Sequence record: SRR20825019_1196
Reading direction: 5' to 3' (one strand)
Length of the DNA stretch: 33,958 bases
Shown here: positions 18,777 through 26,584 of the stretch, in pieces
Layout of the letters: every line of letters begins with the position of its first letter
Numbering within the stretch: position 1 is the first letter of the stretch
Notes under the pieces: generated by a model
Databases searched by the model: none
Seen by the model: the letters and a program-made list of their open reading frames with translations, nothing else
Told to the model about the DNA's origin: nothing
Made by a program: the position numbers and the translations under genes

Positions 18777-19682
18777 TTAAGCGTTCAGATAGGGTTTGCA
18801 ATTTTCGATCAATAGTTCCCTGAACCTGGCATAGGGACGAATTCTCAAGAGTTCGGTACGATAGATTATGCCCGCCTCGTAGCTTTTCAGATTGCCCTTG
18901 ATTGCAAGCGGGGCGATCTGCCACTCGGTTTCATTTGCCCGAATCGTTTCCGGAAGCATCATTAAATAGTCGCGTTGCCGCATTATGCGAAAGCCGGTCT
19001 GAAATGACGTTGTTGTCATTGAGGGTTCCGGAGGCTGCAAGCCTGCGGTGGAGAAGTAAGCCGCTATGACGGCCGGGCCGTATATCGATTCACGAAACGT
19101 TATCCATGGATAATCGAGAAGTCGTCGGGGGTCGACCGCCGTCTCCGAAGCGAGCGGATGTGCGTTGCGTGCAAAGATGTGCCGGCGGATTGTCATGACC
19201 CGTTCGTATTCGAAACCGGGGAGCCGTTTCTGCGGAATTTCGGCAATCAGCATATCGAGCTGACCAGCCTCCAGCATCTGATAATATTCGGACAAACGCG
19301 TCGTAACTTCGATCAAAAGCGCAGGAAACTCGTCGTAGAGCGCGGACAGCGTATCGGGCACTATGGTGTAGGCCCAGGCCGGCCCCATGCCAATGCGCAG
19401 ACTACCGGCTTCGCCCGAACTGATCCCCTTGAGTTCATTGGTGGCGTAGCGCAGCGTCTGATCAATTTGTCGCGCATAATGTAAAAAGGTCCGTCCGAAG
19501 CGCGTGAGCTCCATACCTTGAACGCCGCGCGTGAACAACGCTCCGCCGAGTTCGTCTTCAAGCACTTTGATCTGTCGCGTCACAGCTGGCTGACTGAGAT
19601 TCAGCTGCCGTGCAGCCTCATGAACCGAACCATGATCGACGACCATTATGAAAGCGTGGAGGGGGGTTCGACGTGTCAGCAT
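18777..19682 (-). CDS. LysR-family transcriptional regulator
   Basis: HGSVHEAARQLNLSQPAVTRQIKVLEDELGGALFTR HTH; 301 aa; divergent from the TTT operon. Confidence 0.95.
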   Translation of the reverse strand: MLTRRTPLHAFIMVVDHGSVHEAARQLNLSQPAVTRQIKVLEDELGGALFTRGVQGMELTRFGRTFLHYARQIDQTLRYATNELKGISSGEAGSLRIGMGPAWAYTIVPDTLSALYDEFPALLIEVTTRLSEYYQMLEAGQLDMLIAEIPQKRLPGFEYERVMTIRRHIFARNAHPLASETAVDPRRLLDYPWITFRESIYGPAVIAAYFSTAGLQPPEPSMTTTSFQTGFRIMRQRDYLMMLPETIRANETEWQIAPLAIKGNLKSYEAGIIYRTELLRIRPYARFRELLIENCKPYLNA

Positions 19683-19683
19683 T

Positions 19684-19700
19684 GATAACCTAATATTATC
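19684..19700. promoter_or_regulatory. LysR T-N11-A recognition box
   Basis: GATAA-N7-TTATC dyad in the AT-rich divergent intergenic region, adjacent to the lysR ATG. Confidence 0.65.
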
Positions 19701-19784
19701 TTATAATCATAATTCAACATTATATTTATCTTTTCAATGGCATTAAAACCTATCCTGAGGAAAGATAATTCTAAGGGAGGACAC

Positions 19785-20744
19785 ATGAAAATGACGTATT
19801 TAGCCCGTTTGCGCGGTCTTGCGGCCGCAGTCGCCATGATCGCCGGCGCCGGGAGCGCAAGCGCACAATATCCCGAAAGCAGCATCAATCTTATCGTGCC
19901 GTTCGGAGCGGGCGGAACGACGGATGCCGTTGCGAGGATCCTTGGCGCTGAACTCCAAAAGATACTCGACCAGACGGTCGTCGTTCGCAACGAAACCGGC
20001 GCGGCCGGGACGGTGGGCACGGCCAATCTCGCGCGGCAAGCCCCGGACGGCTATACGCTCGGCTATATTCCGATCGGCCCTCTGGCGCTTCAGACCAATA
20101 TGCGCAATCTGCCTTATTCGGTCGATGACTTCAGTTATATCTGCCGCGTGAGCGACGAGCCCAACCTGCTTCTGGTCCAGCGCGACGGCCCGTTTCAGTC
20201 GGTCGAGGATGTCGTCAACCTGGCCCAGGAAAAACCTGGCGGTCTGGTCTATGTCGCCGTGCCGGGCGGCATGCCACATATTTCGATGGCCGGCTTCAAT
20301 CAGGCCTACGGGCTGGACATGAAGCAGATCAGCGGCGACACCGCAACGGCCGCGCGCTATATCGCCGGCGGCGTTGCTCAGTTCCATTCTTCGCCGGTTG
20401 CGGCCACGAACAGCTTCGAGCTGGATCCTGTGGCGGTGTTTGGCAGCGAACGCAGCGAGGCGTTTCCGGACGTCCCGACGTTCAAGGAACTGGGCAAGGA
20501 TTTGGAGTTCTCGACCTGGTTCGGGGTTGTCGGCCCTGCGGGTATGCCCGCTGACGTCGTCGCGAAACTAGAATCGGCCTGTTCCGAGTCCGTTGAAAGC
20601 GCGAACTTCAAGGAGGCTCTCGCAAAACTCGGAACCCCGATCCGCTATCAGGATTCGAAAGCGTTCGAAGCCTTTGTAAAAGGCCAATACGAGAGCCTGG
20701 GAGCCGTCATTGATGCGGTTGACCTCAAAAACGCACAGCAATAG
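19785..20744 (+). CDS. tctC: Tripartite tricarboxylate transporter substrate-binding protein (TctC/Bug)
   Basis: Signal peptide; YPESSINLIVPFGAGGTTD, APDGYTL and PDVPTFKE motifs. GGGAGGA RBS before ATG 19785. Confidence 0.93.
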   Translation: MKMTYLARLRGLAAAVAMIAGAGSASAQYPESSINLIVPFGAGGTTDAVARILGAELQKILDQTVVVRNETGAAGTVGTANLARQAPDGYTLGYIPIGPLALQTNMRNLPYSVDDFSYICRVSDEPNLLLVQRDGPFQSVEDVVNLAQEKPGGLVYVAVPGGMPHISMAGFNQAYGLDMKQISGDTATAARYIAGGVAQFHSSPVAATNSFELDPVAVFGSERSEAFPDVPTFKELGKDLEFSTWFGVVGPAGMPADVVAKLESACSESVESANFKEALAKLGTPIRYQDSKAFEAFVKGQYESLGAVIDAVDLKNAQQ

Positions 20745-20800
20745 GGCATAGGGGCTTCGCGCAACCGCCGTGCAGCCCCCCATAAATCACGGAAATCGCA

Positions 20801-21253
20801 ATGTTGTATCTCGCACGGCTGGCACCGCAACTTTCCGTCATGGCGTTCTGCGTCCTCTTTCTGGTGTTCCTGCCTGCCAGCGATCCAGGCGAATTCGGCG
20901 CTTACACGCTGCCACGGGCGATTTTGTGGATCGTCGTCTGCATCAACGCCGTCGATCTTGCGCGTTGCGCACTGGCCAAAGCGGAGGCCGTATCGACACC
21001 ACCTCAAACCGCCCTGATCGTGCGCGCGGCGAGTGTGATCGCCGTCTTCATCATTGCAGCTGCAATCATCGAAAGCGTTGGTTTTGTCGTTACATCGGCG
21101 CTTCTCTTTCTCGCCTGCGGACGGCTTCTGGGCATCAGGAACTGGTGGGGCTTGGTCTTTGCCTCCATCGCCTTCGCGCTGGCCGCGTGGCTGTTGTTCA
21201 GCTTCGTGATCGACCTTTCGCTTCCGACATCGCCGTTTTCCCGGATTATCTGA
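20801..21253 (+). CDS. tctB: TTT small permease (TctB)
   Basis: 150 aa, 4-5 TM helices, C-terminal LSLP, located between tctC and tctA. Confidence 0.85.
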   Translation: MLYLARLAPQLSVMAFCVLFLVFLPASDPGEFGAYTLPRAILWIVVCINAVDLARCALAKAEAVSTPPQTALIVRAASVIAVFIIAAAIIESVGFVVTSALLFLACGRLLGIRNWWGLVFASIAFALAAWLLFSFVIDLSLPTSPFSRII

Positions 21254-21256
21254 GCC

Positions 21257-22762
21257 ATGGACTTTGCTATTCAGGCCTTTCACCTGGTCTTTTCCTTCAA
21301 TGTTCTGATCCCCATCGTCATCGGAGTGGCCGTTGGTACGGTCGTCGGCGCGCTGCCGGGACTTGGTCCGACGCTCGGCGTCACTCTGGCGCTGCCGTTC
21401 ACTTTCGCGATGGAGCCGACCCCGGCTATCGCCTTGATGCTCGCCATCTACTGCGCATCGACCTATGGCGGCGCAATCGCCGCCATTCTCGTTAATACGC
21501 CTGGAACGGCTGCTTCCGCGGCAACCTGTCTGGACGGTTTTCCCCTTGCACGACGGGGCGGGGCTGATGTGGCGATCGGTTGGGCAACCTATGCCTCGGT
21601 GTTCGGCGGCATCGTGTCAGTTGTGATCCTGATGCTGGCCGCACCCCAGCTAGCCTCCTTTTCATTGCGTTTCGGGCCAGCGCAAACTGCGGCGCTGATC
21701 CTTCTCGCGCTGGCATGTATCTCATCGGTATCGCCCGATAACACCGCGCGGGGCCTGATTGCCGGCCTTGGCGGCATTTTCGCAGCAGGCGTCGGCCAGG
21801 ATCCGATCACTGGCAACCTGCGAATGACGGGCGGCTCTTTCGAATTGTCTGCGGGCCTGTCGCTCATCGCTGTCATCGTCGGAATGTTCGCGTTGTCCGA
21901 GGTGTTTGTTCGCGCCGCCAATGCCGACCCGGCGGTGGACGTCGCCAACCTCAAGACCGGATTCCGGTTTTTGCGGCTGCGCGATATGAAAGGCCGGTGG
22001 GGCAATTTCTTCAGATCGTCGATCGTCGGCACGTTTGTTGGCTCATTGCCGGGCAGCGGCTCGGCCATAGCCTCTTTCATGAGCTACGCGCTGGCGCAGC
22101 GCTGGTCGCCGCGCCGGGAGGAATTCGGAAACGGTGAACCTGACGGTATTGTAGCATCCGAGGCAGCGAATAACGCCGTCACCGGAGGCGCGCTCGTACC
22201 CACCTTGGCGCTGGGCATCCCGGGTGACTCAGTCACGGCGGTGATGATGTCGACTTTCCTCATTCACGGCGTTCAGACCGGTACCCGGCTCTTCGTTGAA
22301 AGCCCGGTGATGGTCTATTCCATGTATGAGTCGCTGTTTATCATCAACCTGATGCTGATCGTGGCCGGCGTTGTTGGCGCGCATGCATTCACACGCCTGC
22401 TCCGCATTCCCGAACCGCTGCTAATGGCTGGCGTGGGCGTTCTTTCGCTGGTCGGCGCCTGGTCGGCGCGGTCCAATCCCTTCGACATCTGGGTCGCCAT
22501 AGGTTTCGGCATTCTCGGCTTTGCCATGCGCCGGACTGGCTATCCAATCGCGCCATTCATCATCGGCTTCGTGCTGGGGAAACCTTTCGAGGAAAACCTG
22601 CGCACGGCGCTAATCCTTGCTGACAACAGCGTTCTGAAACTCGTCTCAGATCCGCTGACCCAGTCGCTTCTGGTTATCGCGGCGCTGTTTCTGGCGCTTC
22701 CTTTCGTCAGCCCCCTTGTCGTTCGAATGATCGACAAACTCTTTGCGGGAGATCAGAAATGA
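21257..22762 (+). CDS. tctA: TTT large permease (TctA)
   Basis: GALPGLG, NTPGT, DGFPLAR, EAANNA and PTLALGIPG motifs. Confidence 0.95.
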   Translation: MDFAIQAFHLVFSFNVLIPIVIGVAVGTVVGALPGLGPTLGVTLALPFTFAMEPTPAIALMLAIYCASTYGGAIAAILVNTPGTAASAATCLDGFPLARRGGADVAIGWATYASVFGGIVSVVILMLAAPQLASFSLRFGPAQTAALILLALACISSVSPDNTARGLIAGLGGIFAAGVGQDPITGNLRMTGGSFELSAGLSLIAVIVGMFALSEVFVRAANADPAVDVANLKTGFRFLRLRDMKGRWGNFFRSSIVGTFVGSLPGSGSAIASFMSYALAQRWSPRREEFGNGEPDGIVASEAANNAVTGGALVPTLALGIPGDSVTAVMMSTFLIHGVQTGTRLFVESPVMVYSMYESLFIINLMLIVAGVVGAHAFTRLLRIPEPLLMAGVGVLSLVGAWSARSNPFDIWVAIGFGILGFAMRRTGYPIAPFIIGFVLGKPFEENLRTALILADNSVLKLVSDPLTQSLLVIAALFLALPFVSPLVVRMIDKLFAGDQK

Positions 22763-24297
22763 GAGCCGTATTCGTCCTGTTCGATACGCTCAACCGACGT
22801 GCGCTTTCCTGTTACGGAGGGAATTCTGCCAACACGCCAAACTTCCAACGCCTGGCCGACCGTTCGGTGACCTTCGACAATCATTATGTCGGCAGCCTTC
22901 CCTGTATGCCGGCAAGACGCGATCTGCAGACCGGCCGCTACAATTTCCTTCATCGGTCCTGGGGTCCGATGGAGCCATTCGATAATTCCTTTCCCGAACT
23001 GCTCGGCCAGCAAAAGGGGGTCTATTGTCATCTGGCCACAGATCATGCGCATTACTGGGAGGATGGCGGCGCGACGTATCATACCCGCTATGACAGTTTC
23101 GAACTGATCCGCGGCCAGGAGGCGGACCAGTGGAAGGGCGTAGTTGCGCCGGATGAGGAAAGGTGGCGCGCCACCTACCATCAAAAACAGCAGGGCTTTT
23201 CACGCCGGCACAAGCACAGGGCCGACATGGTGAACCGGGAGCATCGGAAAACCTATGCCGATTATCCGACCGTGCGTACCTTCGACGCAGGCCTCGAATT
23301 CCTGGAAACCAACCACAAGGCGGACGACTGGTTTCTGCAGATCGAGAGTTTCGACCCGCACGAGCCCTTCACGATCACGGAAGATTTCCGCAAACGCTAC
23401 GCCACCGATTACAAGGGGCCGATCTACGACATGCCGCGATATGGCCGCGTGGACGACACCGACGACGAGATTGCCGAAATCCGGGCCAACTACGCCGCAA
23501 CGCTTGAGCATTGTGACCGTCAGTTGGGACGCCTGCTCGACTATTTCGACGAGCACGACCTTTGGAAAGACACAGCGCTGATCCTGTCCACCGATCATGG
23601 TCTCCTGCTGGGCGAGCACGATCTGTGGGGCAAGCTGATCCTGCCATTCTATAACGAGATTGCTCACACGCCGCTTTTCATCCATCACCCGGATTTTGCG
23701 TCGTCCGCCGGCAAACGTTGCGGCGCGCTGACACAGACAGTCGATCTGATGCCGACATTCCTCGACCTTTGGGGCGTGACGCATCCAGCCGAAGTGCGAG
23801 GGCACTCTCTTCTTCCTTTGCTCGCCAACCCCGATGCGGCGGAGCTGCATGCTTTGCGCGAGGCCGCACTTTTCGGGCAGCACGGGTCTTCCGTCAATGT
23901 CACCGATGGACGATATGTCTATCTGCGCTACCCGACTGATACGCGACATGGCGGCAACCTTTTCCAGTATACGCTGATGCCGACCCACATAAAGTCGCTG
24001 TTCTCGGTCGAAGAGCTGTCTTCAGCCGAATTGGTCAGCCCCTTCGATTTCACGAAGGGGTTGCGCGTGCTGCGGGTTCCCAGCGATGAAAGGTCTCCCT
24101 ACTATCACAGGCAGGGCTCAGGGGTTCAGATCGATTGCGCGACCCGTCTGTTCGACTTGCACTCCGATCCGCTGCAACTCCATCCCATCGATGACGATAA
24201 AGCCGAGGCGCGCATGATCGACCTTCTGATCGGATCAATGAAAGCCAACGATGCGCCATCCGAGCTCTACGACCGCCTGGGACTGGTTCGCGCGTGA
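22759..24297 (+). CDS. Cytoplasmic sulfatase-superfamily hydrolase (Cys-type)
   Basis: LFDTLNR, PCMPARRDLQTGR, FDPHEPF and TDHG motifs. No signal peptide; ATGA overlap with tctA. Confidence 0.92.
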   Translation: MRAVFVLFDTLNRRALSCYGGNSANTPNFQRLADRSVTFDNHYVGSLPCMPARRDLQTGRYNFLHRSWGPMEPFDNSFPELLGQQKGVYCHLATDHAHYWEDGGATYHTRYDSFELIRGQEADQWKGVVAPDEERWRATYHQKQQGFSRRHKHRADMVNREHRKTYADYPTVRTFDAGLEFLETNHKADDWFLQIESFDPHEPFTITEDFRKRYATDYKGPIYDMPRYGRVDDTDDEIAEIRANYAATLEHCDRQLGRLLDYFDEHDLWKDTALILSTDHGLLLGEHDLWGKLILPFYNEIAHTPLFIHHPDFASSAGKRCGALTQTVDLMPTFLDLWGVTHPAEVRGHSLLPLLANPDAAELHALREAALFGQHGSSVNVTDGRYVYLRYPTDTRHGGNLFQYTLMPTHIKSLFSVEELSSAELVSPFDFTKGLRVLRVPSDERSPYYHRQGSGVQIDCATRLFDLHSDPLQLHPIDDDKAEARMIDLLIGSMKANDAPSELYDRLGLVRA

Positions 24298-24371
24298 GAA
24301 CCGTCTTGATGGTCATGGTCAACCGCAAAGCGGCTTCGCCTGAAACCCGAGCTTCCGTGGTTCGGTCGGAC

Positions 24372-24623
24372 GGTACTGTCAAGTTACCGGGCTTCGAACG
24401 AAGGTGCTGGCCTCCGCGGTCGCTTATGCGGCCTGCAGGTGTGCGATTTCATTCCACATCTGCATGGCTGCGGTTCTAAGTTCACGGTGATGGTCGGATG
24501 GAATATCGTGGCGGGGAATATGAAATAGGTTTGCGACCGGATTATGCATGGACGCGAAACGCTGGAGATGTCGGGGCGACTTGAAGCCTTTCATAATTCG
24601 CTCTCGCCGCCGTTGACAGTTTC
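24372..24623 (-). mobile_element. IS6-family remnant: transposase C-terminus plus right inverted repeat
   Basis: Minus-strand RRRERIMKGFKSPRHLQRFASMHNPVANLFHIPRHDIPSDHHRELRTAAMQMWNEIAHLQAA* (stop 24424-24426). IS6-like end GGTACTGTCAAGTT at 24372-24385. Confidence 0.85.
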
Positions 24624-24627
24624 ACAT

Positions 24628-25353
24628 CTATATCGCTTCAACCAAAGCGGAGAAAACATACCCATGACCGCGTTCGGTTTTAATGAATTGAGGGCTGGTA
24701 GGAGTGGGTTCTATTTTGCGCCGCAACCGCAAGATCAGAACGTCGATCGTCCGGTCAAAGATATCATCCCCTGCTCTATGCGTGATCTCAAGAAGCTGGT
24801 CGCGCGAAAGGACACGGCCGTGGCGCTCGACCATGGCATGGAGTAGATCGAACTCAGCGACCGTTAGCGCGATCTGCGTCCCGGCCGGGGCGTTCAACCG
24901 CCGGCGCTCGGTGTCCATGACATATCCGTGGAACCGGTACCCCTTCCTCACCGGCCGCTCATGCGCGAAATCGCCGCGCGCCCTTCTGCGGATCGCCTTC
25001 ACCCTCGCCAGCAACTCGCGGACGCTGAACGGCTTGACTACGTAATCGTCGGCCCCGATTTCCAAGCCCATCACACGGTCCAACTCAGCCCCACGCCCGC
25101 TGAGCATGATGATCGGCACGGAACTGCTGACGCGGATCCTGGCCGCCACGCTAAAACCATCGAGGTCGGGCAGTTGGAGGTCGAGGATGATCAGGTCAAA
25201 TCCGTGATCGGGCGAAAGTTGGCTGAATAGATCCGCCGCGCAGCCAAAGCGTTCCGAATCCATTCCCCCCGTGAGCAGAATGTCGCAGACGACATCGCGA
25301 ATTGCCGGATCATCATCCACAACCGCAACACGAGGTCGTCTTGGCTCGCTCAT
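24628..25353 (-). CDS. OmpR/PhoB-family response regulator
   Basis: VVDDD, LIILDLQLP, GADDYVVKPF and winged helix FDRTIDVLILRLRRKIE...KTERGHGY. Confidence 0.95.
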   Translation of the reverse strand: MSEPRRPRVAVVDDDPAIRDVVCDILLTGGMDSERFGCAADLFSQLSPDHGFDLIILDLQLPDLDGFSVAARIRVSSSVPIIMLSGRGAELDRVMGLEIGADDYVVKPFSVRELLARVKAIRRRARGDFAHERPVRKGYRFHGYVMDTERRRLNAPAGTQIALTVAEFDLLHAMVERHGRVLSRDQLLEITHRAGDDIFDRTIDVLILRLRRKIEPTPTSPQFIKTERGHGYVFSALVEAI

Positions 25354-25384
25354 TGCGGCTATCCTCCATCAACCCGTCCGGCCA

Positions 25385-25413
25385 GTGTCATAAAAATGTC
25401 ATGAAGGCGACAT
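25385..25413 (+). promoter_or_regulatory. PHO-box-like direct repeat
   Basis: gTGTCAT-AAAA-aTGTCAT with 11-bp period (25386, 25397) and a weaker third unit CGACAT at 25408. Confidence 0.6.
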
Positions 25414-25453
25414 CGACGCAAGCCGGTGGTGTCCCGGCAGGCAAGGCGACACG

Positions 25454-25501
25454 TGTGAACAAAGTTACAAGCCAGCTGGCGTTCCTGAAATATCGGGTTC
25501 A
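25454..25501 (+). promoter_or_regulatory. Bipartite regulatory motif, copy 1
   Basis: TGTGAACAaaGTTACA-N15-CTGAAATAtCGGGTTCA; repeated at 33612-33659 on the minus strand. Confidence 0.75.
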
Positions 25502-25591
25502 CAAGCCCCCAGAATACTGGCTAGCTGCGGTCGCCAGGTTTTGGCATTTCAAGGAGCGCGAAGGGCGGAAAATGACCGAGGCGAACGGACC

Positions 25592-26572
25592 ATGAGGGCG
25601 CTGCTTGTAGCCATCAGCTTCATCGTGATGACAGGCGCCGGCGCGAAGGCCAGCGATCTCAGCATCTACTGCGATCTGCCTGCGCGAAACTGCAAGGCCC
25701 TTGTCGATGCATTCACGCAGGAAAACCCGCTCGACGTGGCGGTCTTTCCGAGAAGAACCGGCGCCGAGGCACTGGCAAACAGTGATATCCTGCTCACGAC
25801 GCCCGGCAACGACCGCCCGGAAGACGACAGCATCGCTGCGGTAAAGAATGCCAGCCTTCCCTCCGGACTTCGTGTCTGGGCACGCCGGCCCTTTGAGCAG
25901 TCGCGAGGCCGCTACGTAGGCGTCTATGCCGAGGTCGCCGGTTTCGTCGTCAATACCGATATTCTGCGTCGGCGTCAGTTGCGGGAGCCAGCATGCTGGG
26001 CCGACCTTCTTCGCCCGGAATTCACCTCCGAAATTCGCATGGGAAATCCGACCATATCTGCAACCGCATACCGCGTTCTGGCGAGTCTTGTTCAGATCTT
26101 CGGCGAAGACGCCGCATTCGACTATCTGAAACGGCTGAACACGAACCTGGCGCTAAATGTCGTCTCCGACACATCGGCGGCGGAAGCCGTGGCAGAGGGC
26201 GACGCCGCGATTGCGGTCGTCAACCTCGGAGACGGCATTGCCCTGGCGGCGCGGGGCTACCCCGTTAAGCTGATCGCGCCCTGCGAGGGCACCGGATACG
26301 AGCCGGCCCTGATGGCGATCATGAAGGCGACGCCCCACGCGCAAAATGCGCTTGCATTTTACACCTTTGCGCTGAGTTTGGCCGGCCAGACGGCCGCCGC
26401 GGCTGCGCTCGGATATCCGATGCCCGCAAACAGGGATGCCTCCCTGCCGCCTGAGGCAGCGATCAGCGGTGCAATCCGGCTCATCGATTACGACTTCACC
26501 AGTTTTGACGCGACGGTCGAGCAGAAGCGGCTGACAACTAAATGGGCTGCGCTCGCCGGCCAGTCCTTCTAG
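25592..26572 (+). CDS. AfuA/PgtC-like periplasmic binding protein, probably a sensory partner of the kinase
   Basis: Signal peptide; IYCD...NC, PACWADLL, GEDAAFDYLK, APCEGTGYE and LIDYDF motifs. Ends 12 bp before the kinase gene. Confidence 0.88.
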   Translation: MRALLVAISFIVMTGAGAKASDLSIYCDLPARNCKALVDAFTQENPLDVAVFPRRTGAEALANSDILLTTPGNDRPEDDSIAAVKNASLPSGLRVWARRPFEQSRGRYVGVYAEVAGFVVNTDILRRRQLREPACWADLLRPEFTSEIRMGNPTISATAYRVLASLVQIFGEDAAFDYLKRLNTNLALNVVSDTSAAEAVAEGDAAIAVVNLGDGIALAARGYPVKLIAPCEGTGYEPALMAIMKATPHAQNALAFYTFALSLAGQTAAAAALGYPMPANRDASLPPEAAISGAIRLIDYDFTSFDATVEQKRLTTKWAALAGQSF

Positions 26573-26584
26573 CGGCGGTGACCA

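Noticed and set aside
18505-18924. 139-aa ORF as a real gene
   Set aside because: It is a chimera of an alternative lysR frame, intergenic DNA and the dinB/istA fragments.
20751-20779. Hairpins after binding-protein genes (also 32307-32329) as a repeat family or ncRNA
   Set aside because: No shared sequence beyond GGGGC stems; these are ordinary intercistronic structures.
24544-24846. 100-aa plus-strand ORF
   Set aside because: Antisense to the IS6 remnant and the response regulator.
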